Position numbers and translations under genes: made by a program
In this document: positions 24,498-36,265 of the stretch, in pieces
Layout: every line of letters starts with the position of its first letter
How positions within the stretch are numbered: the first letter of the stretch is position 1
Notes under the pieces: model-generated
The model's database searches: none
What the model was told of the DNA's origin: nothing
The model's input: the letters and a program-made list of their open reading frames with translations, nothing else
Assembly (NCBI RefSeq): GCF_001194135.2
Contig: NC_068992.1
Span: 22,280,298-22,344,297 of the forward strand
Direction of reading: 5' to 3'
DNA from: Octopus bimaculoides
Taxonomy: Eukaryota
DNA length: 64,000 bases

Positions 24498-24716
24498 CAC
24501 CCACTCTTTGTTCCATCTGAAGCTTAGCGTCAAACTAATACATTCACTGTGTACTTCTTTTTCATTTGTTGCTTTTCGTTTTATTTTCGATTTTCGTTTT
24601 GCCAACACACACACATACACACACGCGCACACACACACACACAGACACACAAGCACACGCACACAAATATACATATATATACATACACGTTCATACAGAC
24701 ATAATCGCACACATAC

Positions 24717-24847
<131 letters not shown>

Positions 24848-25957
24848 TACATACATACATATATGCGTATATATGTATATATATANNNNNNNNNNNNNNN
24901 NNNNNNNNNNNNNNNNNNNNNNNNNNNNNNNNNNNNNNNNNNNNNNNNNNNNNNNNNNNNNNNNNNNNNNNNNNNNNNNNNNNNNNNNNNNNNNNNNNNN
25001 NNNNNNNNNNNNNNNNNNNNNNNNNNNNNNNNNNNNNNNNNNNNNNNNNNNNNNNNNNNNNNNNNNNNNNNNNNNNNNNNNNNNNNNNNNNNNNNNNNNN
25101 NNNNNNNNNNNNNNNNNNNNNATATATATATATATATATATATATGCATATATACATATATACACCCACATATTACGAATGAGCTAAACAGTCAGTCCAT
25201 TGTGCACGTTTCGATATCTTTATATCAAATCTGAACAGCTTATGGACTATTATATTTATACTATTTATCACTATTAATGATATCTCACACGTTATATCAT
25301 ACATACAATACGTGCTATTTTTTTTCTCTCACTTTGTCTAGTTTATAATGAAATATTGTAGATATTCTATATGTTCTTATGCTATGTTATTTACTTGAAG
25401 TTCATTTTTATTTTTCATGACTTCTTCTTGCGCATTGATATTGCATAATTGAATGTGTTGCATGTATACTCAAAGAATATTATACACCTTATTACACAAC
25501 GTTTGGAACACTCAATGAATAAAACAAACAAGTACCTCCCCCTCACACACACAGATACACGATCACATTTACAAACATATAGCTTTACGCATATGTAGTC
25601 ACTTATCTATGTTCACACAAACATATATATGAATAGAAATAAGTATTGAATCAAATTTTTGAGATATTTTCTGTTCAAATATGAATTGTCATTGGGTTTT
25701 ATCTCTCTTTTACCATCCCGCATCTAACTCTTTCTCTGTCACTCTCTACCGCTTTCTTTCCATCCTTCCTTCTCTCTCTCTATCACTCTCTCACTCACTT
25801 TATCTCCCGTTCATGTGCATAAATGTGTGTGTGTGTGTGCATGTGACGTTGTGCGTATGAATGTGTCCCTATGTTGTGTGAAAAAAGATTAACGCATAGA
25901 ACCACATCAACGTAGATACACGCATACATATATACAGGCATACATACGTACATAAAA

Positions 25958-25993
<36 letters not shown>

Positions 25994-26132
25994 TAAATAT
26001 AAGGGATTAGCAATTGAGTTGCTTCTCCAACATACTGAAAATTCAGAAACAGCAGTCAAAGAACTACTGATTCTAAACTACAAATTTTTCTCTAAAATGG
26101 ATGGCGATATTTATGGCACACATAGAACAAAA

Positions 26133-26209
<77 letters not shown>

Positions 26210-26288
26210 CATATATATATGTGTGTGCATATATGTATATATATATATGTATTCTATTATTAATTGACGATTCCTTGCCCTCATTTCT

Positions 26289-26323
<35 letters not shown>

Positions 26324-26354
26324 CCAAAGTACACATGTGTGTGGTATGTAAATA

Positions 26355-26360
26355 TATGGA

Positions 26361-26438
<78 letters not shown>

Positions 26439-26450
26439 ACTACGTGTCTG

Positions 26451-26510
<60 letters not shown>
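26355..26510. repeat. (TATC)n microsatellite
   Basis: Directly visible. Confidence 0.93.
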
Positions 26511-27842
26511 CGCTCTCTATATATATGCACATATGTGTATATCATAAGTATGACCATCTAAATATGTGTAGAAACGCGTGTACACTTGTGTTGTTATCTC
26601 CATAGATCTTGCTCTATACAGGCTCCACATACACATTTGCACACGCACAAGCACACATATACAAGCATAGAAACGCGTGCGCACATACACTTGAACGCAT
26701 AAGTTTACAATCACACANNNNNNNNNNNNNNNNNNNNNNNNNNNNNNNNNNNNNNNNNNNNNNNNNNNNNNNNNNNNNNNNNNNNNNNNNNNNNNNNNNN
26801 NNNNNNNNNNNNNNNNNNNNNNNNNNNNNNNNNNNNNNNNNNNNNNNNNNNNNNNNNNNNNNNNNNNNNNNNNNNNNNNNNNNNNNNNNNNNNNNNNNNN
26901 NNNNNNNNNNNNNNNNNNNNNNNNNNNNNNNNNNNNNNNNNNNNNNNNNNNNNNNNNNNNNNNNNNNNNNNNNNNNNNNNNNNNNNNNNNNNNNNNNNNN
27001 NNNNNNNNNNNNNNNNNNNNNNNNNNNNNNNNNNNNNNNNNNNNNNNNNNNNNNNNNNNNNNNNNNNNNNNNNNNNNNNNNNNNNNNNNNNNNNNNNNNN
27101 NNNNNNNNNNNNNNNNNNNNNNNNNNNNNNNNNNNNNNNNNNNNNNNNNNNNNNNNNNNNNNNNNNNNNNNNNNNNNNNNNNNNNNNNNNNNNNNNNNNN
27201 NNNNNNNNNNNNNNNNNNNNNNNNNNNNNNNNNNNNNNNNNNNNNNNNNNNNNNNNNNNNNNNNNNNNNNNNNNNNNNNNNNNNNNNNNNNNNNNNNNNN
27301 NNNNNNNNNNNNNNNNNNNNNNNNNNNNNNNNNNNNNNNNNNNNNNNNNNNNNNNNNNNNNNNNNNNNNNNNNNNNNNNNNNNNNNNNNNNNNNNNNNNN
27401 NNNNNNNNNNNNNNNNNNNNNNNNNNNNNNNNNNNNNNNNNNNNNNNNNNNNNNNNNNNNNNNNNNNNNNNNNNNNNNNNNNNNNNNNNNNNNNNNNNNN
27501 NNNNNNNNNNNNNNNNNNNNNNNNNNNNNNNNNNNNNNNNNNNNNNNNNNNNNNNNNNNNNNNNNNNNNNNNNNNNNNNNNNNNNNNNNNNNNNNNNNNN
27601 NNNNNNNNNNNNNNNNNNNNNNNNNNNNNNNNNNNNNNNNNNNNNNNNNNNNNNNNNNNNNNNNNNNNNNNNNNNNNNNNNNNNNNNNNNNNNNNNNNNN
27701 NNNNNNNNNNCATATATATGTATGTGTATGTATACATCTCTCTGTGTCTATATATATATTCATAATACATACCTACACACACATATATATATACATATAC
27801 ATAAACCTATGCATTTGTGCGTATATACACACACACACACAC

Positions 27843-27874
<32 letters not shown>

Positions 27875-28000
27875 GTGTGTGCATATATGTACATATATAT
27901 GTATGTGTATGTATACATCTCTCTGTGTCTATATATATATATTCATAATACATACCTACACACATATATATACATATACATAAACCTATGTATTTGTGCG

Positions 28001-28050
<50 letters not shown>

Positions 28051-28235
28051 CATATATACATGTGTGTGCATATATGTATATATATTTATGTATGTATATG
28101 TATATATATATATGTATATATATGCATATACGTACGCGTGAAATTTAATCTGTTTTGACACTATAAGGCGATACTTGAAAAACAATTTTACAACTTTACA
28201 AATATTACAAAAGTCTTGCTTAAAATAACAATATT

Positions 28236-28256
28236 AATAATGATAATAATAATAGC

Positions 28257-28340
<84 letters not shown>

Positions 28341-28465
28341 AAGAAGAAGAAGAGGAAGAAAGAAGAAGAAGAAGAAGAAGAAGAAGAAGAAGAAGAAGAA
28401 GAAGAAGAAGAAGAAGAAGAAGAAGAAGAAGAAGAAGAAGAAGAAGAAGAAGAAAAAGAAGAATT
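28236..28465. repeat. (AAT)n(AAG)n compound microsatellite
   Basis: Directly visible; it produces the poly-I/R/K ORF. Confidence 0.95.
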
Positions 28466-29277
28466 AGGATGAAGAAGAAATTTTACCTAAAAACGTTACA
28501 TAAAATTAGATGTTTTTCAATATTTTTCGCTACTTCACAATTGGTTTAATCTTCATATTCGGTTCCATCGTATATGTTATTTTCAAAATTGAACAATAAA
28601 AATACACCGCCAAAACACAACAGCAAAAAGTAAATATATGTGTTTAATATTTTTTTTTTTAAAAGTACTTTTATTTTTATTATTTTTTTTTGGTAACCAA
28701 ATCAATTTGAATCAGTTTAAATAGATTACAGCTATTGTAAATCAAGTTACCTTTGCCAATATTTCGACATAATTAGTTCAAGACCAACGTTCTAGATATT
28801 AAGCATGTTTTAATCAAATTGTCGTAGACGAAGTGAGGCTGTTGTAAAAATTTAATCAATTGAAGCCGTTTAATAATATATGTTTAAAGTTATATCCTTT
28901 ATTTGCTTTCAGAAGTTTATTGTGTAAATATTACTGGCTTTTAGTATTATTATTATTACTATTATTATTGTTATTGTTATTGCTGTTGTTGTTGTTGCTG
29001 TTATTATTATTATTATGATTATTATTATTATGATTATTATTATTATTCAGGTTGTTGTTGTAGTTATTGTATATTTGTTTTGTATTTCTTTTCTTGTATC
29101 TGCAAGTACAATTTAAATTTAAACAGCTCCCATAATCCAGTTTCCATTTATAGATGATGCAAAACAGATTTTTATTTTTCGTGCGTGTAAATATGCGTCT
29201 GTGTGTATGTGTGTGGCTGTTTGTACACGAGTCTGTGTGTGTCTACGTGTGTGTCGGTTTAGTAGAGAGAGATAGAG

Positions 29278-29317
<40 letters not shown>

Positions 29318-30132
29318 NNNNNNNNNNNNNNNNNNNNNNNNNNNNNNNNNNNNNNNNNNNNNNNNNNNNNNNNNNNNNNNNNNNNNNNNNNNNNNNNNNN
29401 NNNNNNNNNNNNNNNNNNNNNNNNNNNNNNNNNNNNNNNNNNNNNNNNNNNNNNNNNNNNNNNNNNNNNNNNNNNNNNNNNNNNNNNNNNNNNNNNNNNN
29501 NNNNNNNNNNNNNNNNNNNNNNNNNNNNNNNNNNNNNNNNNNNNNNNNNNNNNNNNNNNNNNNNNNNNNNNNNNNNNNNNNNNNNNNNNNNNNNNNNNNN
29601 NNNNNNNNNNNNNNNNNNNNNNNNNNNNNNNNNNNNNNNNNNNNNNNNNNNNNNNNNNNNNNNNNNNNNNNNNNNNNNNNNNNNNNNNNNNNNNNNNNNN
29701 NNNNNNNNNNNNNNNNNNNNNNNNNNNNNNNNNNNNNNNNNCATGTGTATGTGCGTGCGTGTAAATGTGTATTTCTTTCTTTGTTTTCTTTCTTTTGTTT
29801 GTGGGTTAAACGTTTCTAGAAATTTTCTTTTTTTTTTTTCTTCTTCGAGCGGCATATCACAAACAATAATTAGTACTGGTTCAACTCACTATTAAACAAA
29901 GAATGTTTAACCAGTTCTATGTTCAAAATGTGTTGGTGGATTTGACTGAGAATGTAGAAGCATTTGACTTTTATGTTATCCCTGTCAGTATGTCTGCAGG
30001 CATACGCGAGATTACACATAAATCAATTTAAGGTATGTGTGTGTGTGTGTGTGTGCGTGTGTGTGTTTGTGTGTGTATTTGTGTATGCATGTGTGGTACA
30101 CGAAACTTGTTTATATTATTAACATTATTAAG

Positions 30133-30454
30133 AATACCTCCGCCTTTGCTATTGCGGAGGTATTGTTTTCAGTCGGGTTAGTTTCCAATGGATTCCGATG
30201 AAGCTTTCAGGGATGTTTGGCCTCGTGACTGGCACGAACAGATTAGATTTTGGAATCGATCCGGTCCTGGACAAAGATTCTGGATTATTTTCCTGTAATT
30301 TACTTAACTTTTGAGAGCGATCGGGTTCGTATTCTCGTTTGTGAGAGCAGTCAAGTTTATTTCAAATATTCTCATTTAAAAAATCATTTCCTGCTAATCG
30401 CTGGGAGAACGTTGATGTTGCCTTGACGGATGTTTGCGTTCTCTGAGTGCTCTT
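30133..30454 (+). mobile_element. HINE/DINE-1-like non-autonomous element
   Basis: 5' hairpin AATACCTCCGC-CTTTGCTATT-GCGGAGGTATT. The body is homologous to 9790-10166. The 3' end is CCTTGACGGATG..CTCTGAGTGCTCTT. Confidence 0.72.
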
Positions 30455-30458
30455 ATTA

Positions 30459-30521
30459 TTATTACCTCCGCTTTCGCTAAGGCGGAGGACATTAGTGTTA
30501 CCTTGGTGGAGTGCTCTTGTT
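30459..30521 (+). mobile_element. About 60-bp deletion derivative of the same HINE
   Basis: ATTACCTCCGCTTTCGCTAAGGCGGAGG (5' hairpin) is joined almost directly to CCTTGGTGGAGTGCTCTTGTT (3' end). Confidence 0.65.
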
Positions 30522-30621
30522 GAAAATGATTTCGAGTCATATACAAAAGTGAACCCAGGTAAATTTACGTCAATCGTTGACAAAGTTGATCATCGCTTCC
30601 TGGGCTGGCAGACATCATCTG

Positions 30622-30782
30622 TCTTCTTTCGGTCAATGAACTGCAGCCATGCTGGGGCACCGCGTTGCATGGTTTAATCGAACAAGTCGACCTCAGTAAT
30701 TGTTTACTCGTTTATCGAACCGATATGTTACAGGGGCATAAAGATACCACCACTCGTTGCTGTGGGATCAAACATAAACAAA
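30622..30782 (-). mobile_element. SINE group B 3' module, degraded
   Basis: GTCAATGAACTGCAGCCATGCTGGGGCACCGC..TCGAACAAGTCGACC..GAACCG..GTTACAGGGG. Confidence 0.7.
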
Positions 30783-31008
30783 AAAATGACATCTATGTGT
30801 GCGTGCAGGACATATACACACATGCACGCACGCACACACACACACACAGACAGATACACACACATCTATATATAATTGTCACTGAATGTAACTAAACGTG
30901 TTAGAACACCTACATTGCTAGAAATAAGAGCTAAAATGTTCTTATGCTGGAGTTAAAGCACATAAGTCTGTACATATATACTGACAGGGACCGTAATCCG
31001 CTGCAAAC

Positions 31009-31087
31009 ACCGGTCGAGAATTCCTTATATTCATCGGTCAATTTCGGATATTACGTAGCCTCATCAGTAAGGATCGCTCGATACGGC
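31009..31087 (-). ncRNA. Canonical type I hammerhead ribozyme
   Basis: Minus strand: gccg-ua-UCGAG-cga-UCCUUA-CUGAUGA-GGcUA-cguaa-UAuCC-GAA-AUUgA-ccga-UgAAU-A/UAAGGA-auu-CUCGA-c-cggu. All core nucleotides are present, with G10.1-C11.1, A15.1-U16.1 and an AUA cleavage triplet. Stems II and III each carry one mismatch. Confidence 0.85.
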
Positions 31088-32478
31088 TGATTCCGGACTT
31101 AATTCTCTATCAGTTCATCTATCAGTTACTGTTTTACTTGTTTCAGGCTCGTGGTAATTGTTATACCTGGCCAATACAAGTTCGAAGGACGTGAGAGTAG
31201 GACTAGCTCTGCACAAACTGTACCCACTATAATAATACTCAACGTGCGGGTTACTAACCAAACCCTGACGCCAGCAGCAACACCATCACACTCTCCGCGT
31301 ACGTCTAGTTACGATTGGGAAAGCGGTGCCGGGGATAGGTACAAGATGCTGCGAGAAATCTTCACCGTTGACCCTGCACACAGGTGACCATAGGGTGACA
31401 GTAATTTTAGCTGTGTCTTGCAGAGATTTCATTAGTGAAAGGATTTTTTGAGCATTCGTATTAAAAGAAGACTAAACAACAATACATATCTGTAGCAATG
31501 AACTATCTAGAATGTTGCATTTGTGTTTTGTACATAGTTGTTTTATCAACTTCTTAAGTGGTATACATCTGTATGAGCATAGATTTCTTGGGACTACATA
31601 GCGACAATAACAATAGCAGAAGCCGCACCAACACGAGCCAATGTTCTTTACACTATACTGCAATGATATTGTGACTCCACTCCCAATAGTTCCCGCATTA
31701 ACCACTTCTTTATATCCCAAATATACATTTTGAATTCTCTCTATCCGTGTGTTTTTTCCTACGACCGTAACCTCATACATGTTGGAAAAGAACATTTAAA
31801 CCGTGTTAAAACCAAGTCGATCTCATTGGTTTGGGTGAGCGTGTGATGGCCATTGGCAAGTACCTTTTCTTCCGGGCGAAATCTATAAAACGGAATTTAT
31901 TTATTGACTTATTATTTTCATTAATCCGCGACGAAATACAAACCTTTAGCTATTTACGATGCGTCAAAAAACTGAAATGGTATGACGAAAATACCAGGCA
32001 GTTTAGTAAAGTAAAACAATTTCAGTTACCATTTGAAATCGTATCATGGAAAACTTATGGCTTCCCAATTTCTCCGCATTTTTCTCCCTCTCTTTTGACA
32101 GACATTGCAACAATAATTTTCCACAGATTCAAAATAAACTTTCATTAAAAAGAGTAATCCATTTCCATAGCAACATATTAACAATACTTTATCGTTTGTC
32201 TTGATTTCTATATTGGATTTGACATTTGTTGTTAAAGTTAGAGTTATTTTTTTCTTTCCTTGATGCAAGAGTATTTGTTTTTCTTCATATTTTTAATCAA
32301 TGATTTCTAGTCAAATAAATTTTTCAAAATAAGAAAAAGAAAAATTAATTTAGATTTTAAATAGACACATATTGTAATATACTATTTTTGATATTCCTTT
32401 TTTTCTTTCTGATTGCTTTTGTATGTCATTTGGTATTTTATAAATACATACATATATACATATATACATACATACATG

Positions 32479-32554
<76 letters not shown>

Positions 32555-33389
32555 NNNNNNNNNNNNNNNNNNNNNNNNNNNNNNNNNNNNNNNNNNNNNN
32601 NNNNNNNNTATATATATATATATATATATATATCTTTGGATTTAATTTTGTAAAAAAAATTCAACAGAACAAGCAAAAGCAAGTGATAAAATATAATATT
32701 AAAAAACATTGAGGAAAATAAAACAAAAAATAATTTGAGTTATGATTTCTTTCAGATTTAATCTTTAAAAGAAAAAAATATATATAATGAAATGAGTGTT
32801 TTGTAGTCTTGTCAAGCCAGTGTGATTGCTATTGGCTATTATCAATCAGATGTATTATTAAGCAGACACATATATGTCCCTGCTGGCCTATCATACAACA
32901 GCTCAAGTATTATTTCTTTCTATTAACTTTCCTTTTCAGAATGTGCATATAAAAATAACCATATTGATGGTCGACCATTTTCTATTGAATGTATTGGGAC
33001 GCAAAAGTATTATAAGATAAATCCAATATTTATATATTATAGAATAATAAACCATTAAAATGATCGAGGAATCATAGAAAAATGGTACTGCGTTAAGCAC
33101 TTTACTTTCGATTAATGATGCTTATATAACACATACAACTAGAACATTATGTCAATTTTCTTTAATGAAAATCTGTGGTGTTGTGGGATGACATAAGTGC
33201 GTCAGACAAAAGAGTGATGACAAAATAGTGTGGACAAAACAGTGAAGAACGAATGAACACCAATACGAAAGACAAAAGAGCAAATGACAGCAAAGAGCAC
33301 ATTTTAAAATATGATGTTTCATATTCTAAAATTATTTCGTTTTGTAGGTTTGTTGTTAAGCTGAGATAATAACATTTGGTCCTCATTGA

Positions 33390-33600
33390 TATTGGTTTCA
33401 AATTTCGGCACAAGGCTGCAATTTAGTGGGAGGAGGCTCGTCTATTACACCGACCCCAGTACTCAACTGCTACTTATTTTATCGAACTGGAAATGAGGAA
33501 AGCCAAAGTCGACCTCAGCGGTATTTCGTTCAAATTCCGCTGAGTATTTTGCTCAGCGTGCTACGGTTCTGTCAGCTAGCCACCTTTGTTGATATTAATA
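33390..33600 (-). mobile_element. SINE group A (first of a tandem pair)
   Basis: AAATTTCGGCACAAGG..ACCGACCCCAGTACTCAACTG..AAAGTCGACCTCAGCGG. Confidence 0.8.
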
Positions 33601-33797
33601 ATCCTTTCTACTATAGGCACAATTATGGAGAGGGGACTAGTCGATTACATCGACCCCAGTGTTTCACTGGTACTTAATTTATCGACCCCGAAAGGATAAA
33701 ATGCAAAGCAAAGTCGACCTCGGCAGAATTTGAACTCAGAACGTAAAGACATACGAAATACCGCTAAGTGTTAACGATTCTGCCAGCTCACCGCCCC
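33600..33797 (-). mobile_element. SINE group A (second of a tandem pair)
   Basis: AATCCTTTCTACTATAGGCAC..TCGACCCCGAAAGGAT..TTTGAACTCAGAACGTAAAGAC..GATTCTGCCAGCTCACCGCC. Confidence 0.85.
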
Positions 33798-33959
33798 TTT
33801 CATTGATATTAATAATAAATACATAAAAAGTAATGAATGTAGAATATTTATCCTATTTTGTTAGAATAGAATTTAGTTCTATGAAAGGGGGAAACGAACT
33901 ATCCAATCACCCGGCCATCTTTTCTGCCAATTATTCTTGGAAGGACCATCAGTGTAGAG

Positions 33960-34260
33960 ACTTCAGGTTTCTCCTCCATAAGGTCCTATGAGAAGCAACC
34001 ACCATTAGACTTTCTGAGATTATGGATATTGTCCAACGATCTTGTTTTTCGTCTACCCTGGTTTTACGGCCATTTGTCTTGGCTTGAGGTAGCCGCCTTC
34101 TGTTTCTTTCCTACGACATTCTAATCGCATGTCCGTTAAACTAGAGCTCAATATAGAGAAGTAGTGACTCGACCTGGAGGAACACCCTGATCTCCGAGCT
34201 ACGCACACTATCGAGTAACGTTACTCTGGAGATCCTTCGAGGAGCCCCGTTCTCAGTTGC
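33960..34260 (+). mobile_element. Possible highly degraded RTE 3' fragment
   Basis: RLPWFYGHLSWL and VTRPGGTP only loosely resemble the RTE motifs QLRLYGHVAR and W.RPRGRP. Confidence 0.35.
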
Positions 34261-34294
34261 TTGTATTCTTTATTGTAGTTTTTCGATTATTATT

Positions 34295-34529
34295 CTTTTC
34301 TTTTCTTATTCGTTTCAGTCATTTGACTGCAGTCATGCTACAGCATCACCTCGAAGGATTTTAGTCGAACGGATCGACCCCAGGACTTATTTTTAAAGCC
34401 TAGTACTTATTCTATCGGTATCTTTTGCAGTGTTGAGTTACGGTAGCGTAAATACAGCAACACCGCTTGTCAAGGGGGAGGACAAATAGAGGCACGCAGA
34501 CACAGACACAGATACACACACACAAACAC

Positions 34530-34560
<31 letters not shown>

Positions 34561-34770
34561 TACACACCCACCCACACACGCACACGTATATATATATATA
34601 TATATATATACGACGGGCTTCTTTCAGTTTCCGTCCTCCAAATCCACTCACAAGGCTTTAGTCGGCCCGTGACTATAGTAGAAGACACTTGCCCAAGCTG
34701 TAACGCAATGGAACTGAATCAGGAGCCATATGGTTGGGAAGCAAGCTTCTGTAACCACACAGCCATGCCT
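34295..34770 (-). mobile_element. SINE group B, complete composite (head + microsatellite + 3' module)
   Basis: The 3' module (TTTCAGTCATTTGACTGCAGTC..) is at 34295-34490, the (CA)/(TA) linker at about 34500-34610, and the head (CGACGGGCTTCTTTCAGTTTCC..ACCACACAGCCATGCC) at 34611-34770. Confidence 0.88.
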
Positions 34771-35244
34771 GGGCCTTCAACTTTGATGAGACCTGACTGN
34801 NNNNNNNNNNNNNNNNNNNNNNNNNNNNNNNNNNNNNNNNNNNNNNNNNNNNNNNNNNNNNNNNNNNNNNNNNNNNNNNNNNNNNNNNNNNNNNNNNNNN
34901 NNNNNNNNNNNNNNNNNNNNNNNNNNNNNNNNNNNNNNNNNNNNNNNNNNNNNNNNNNNNNNNNNNNNNNNNNNNNNNNNNNNNNNNNNNNNNNNNNNNN
35001 NNNNNNNNNNNNNNNNNNNNNNNNNNNNNNNNNNNNNNNNNNNNNNNNNNNNNNNNNNNNNNNNNNNNNNNNNNNNNNNNNNNNNNNNNNNNNNNNNNNN
35101 NNNNNNNNNNNNNNNNNNNNNNNNNNNNNNNNNNNNNNNNNNNNNNNNNNNNNNNNNNNNNNNNNNNNNNNNNNNNNNNNNNNNNNNNNNNNNNNNNNNN
35201 NNNNNNNNNNNNNNNNNNNNNNNNNNNNNNNNNGTATATGTGCA

Positions 35245-36265
35245 TATAGTTATCATAAGGGCACACGAAGCGCCTACCTGCTAGAATGTGGAATTAAAAC
35301 ACTCAACCGATTCAACCGATAACAACGGTAGTCGGGCGAACGAGCAAAAAAGTTGCTGACGTACCATTACAGATTAATGCTATAGAGTTTGGTATTTTGG
35401 ATATACTTGTATCATGATCTCGAGTTTTGGCGGAAAACTTTAACTCTCTTCAGCAAGTCTTACCAAGTGAAAAATTCAGCTCTTCACGTCGGAGTCTGCT
35501 GGCGTTCTGAGTTGTTTCGCCCCAAATTCAGAACAAATTCAGTGTAAATATATTTATAATAAGGAATAAATATTCAAAAACGAATTTTTATAGAGATATT
35601 ATTATTTGTTATTACTATCTGTGGTAAATATAAATTGATAATAACAACAACAATAATATAGGAGGCTGCAGACGTTAAATAGCGTTAGATAGCTGCAAAA
35701 TAAAATTTATATTTATCATAACGGAACACGGAGCGCCTACCTGCTAGAAAGTGGAGTTAAAACACTCAACTTAACCACTAATGACACTAAAATATTCAAC
35801 AAATAACTACAGTAGTCGGTCAAAGGAGCAAAAATAAATTTTGACATACCATCACAGCTTAGTGCTATATAGTTGGGTATTTTGGATATACTTATATCGT
35901 GATTTCGAGTTTGACTGAAAAACCACAACTCTCTTTAGCAAGTCTTTTCAAGTGAAAAATTCAACTCGTCACGTTGGTGTCTGCTGGCATCCTAAATTGT
36001 TTGTTTTGCTCGTTTGCCAGACTACTATTATTATCTGTAGAATCTTTCAGTGTCATTGGTGTGTAATTTGAGGGTTTTAACTCCACTTTCTAGCAGGTAG
36101 GCGCTTCGTGTGCTCTTATGATAAATATGAATTTTAATTGTATAGCCATCTAACACTATTTAACACCTCCAGTCACCTAGATTATTGTTGTTATTATCAA
36201 TTTATATTTACCGAAGATATTAATTCACGTGTGAATATTTACTCATTACATATGTATATATTTCT
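35245..36265. mobile_element. Long-TIR foldback/MITE-like element plus a partial tandem copy
   Basis: Inverted arms at about 35623-35833 and 36004-36212. Segment 35251-35515 is a direct repeat of 35714-36000. GCGCCTACCTGCTAGAA occurs twice on the plus strand and once on the minus strand. Confidence 0.75.

Noticed and set aside
25200-25240. Minus-strand GATAT-aaag-ATATC-GAAACGT (stem II plus GAAA)
   Set aside because: There is no CUGANGA core upstream.
31472-32148. ORFs of 107 aa (minus) and 105 aa (plus) in non-repetitive DNA
   Set aside because: I recognise no domain or convincing splice context, and the lengths are within chance expectation.
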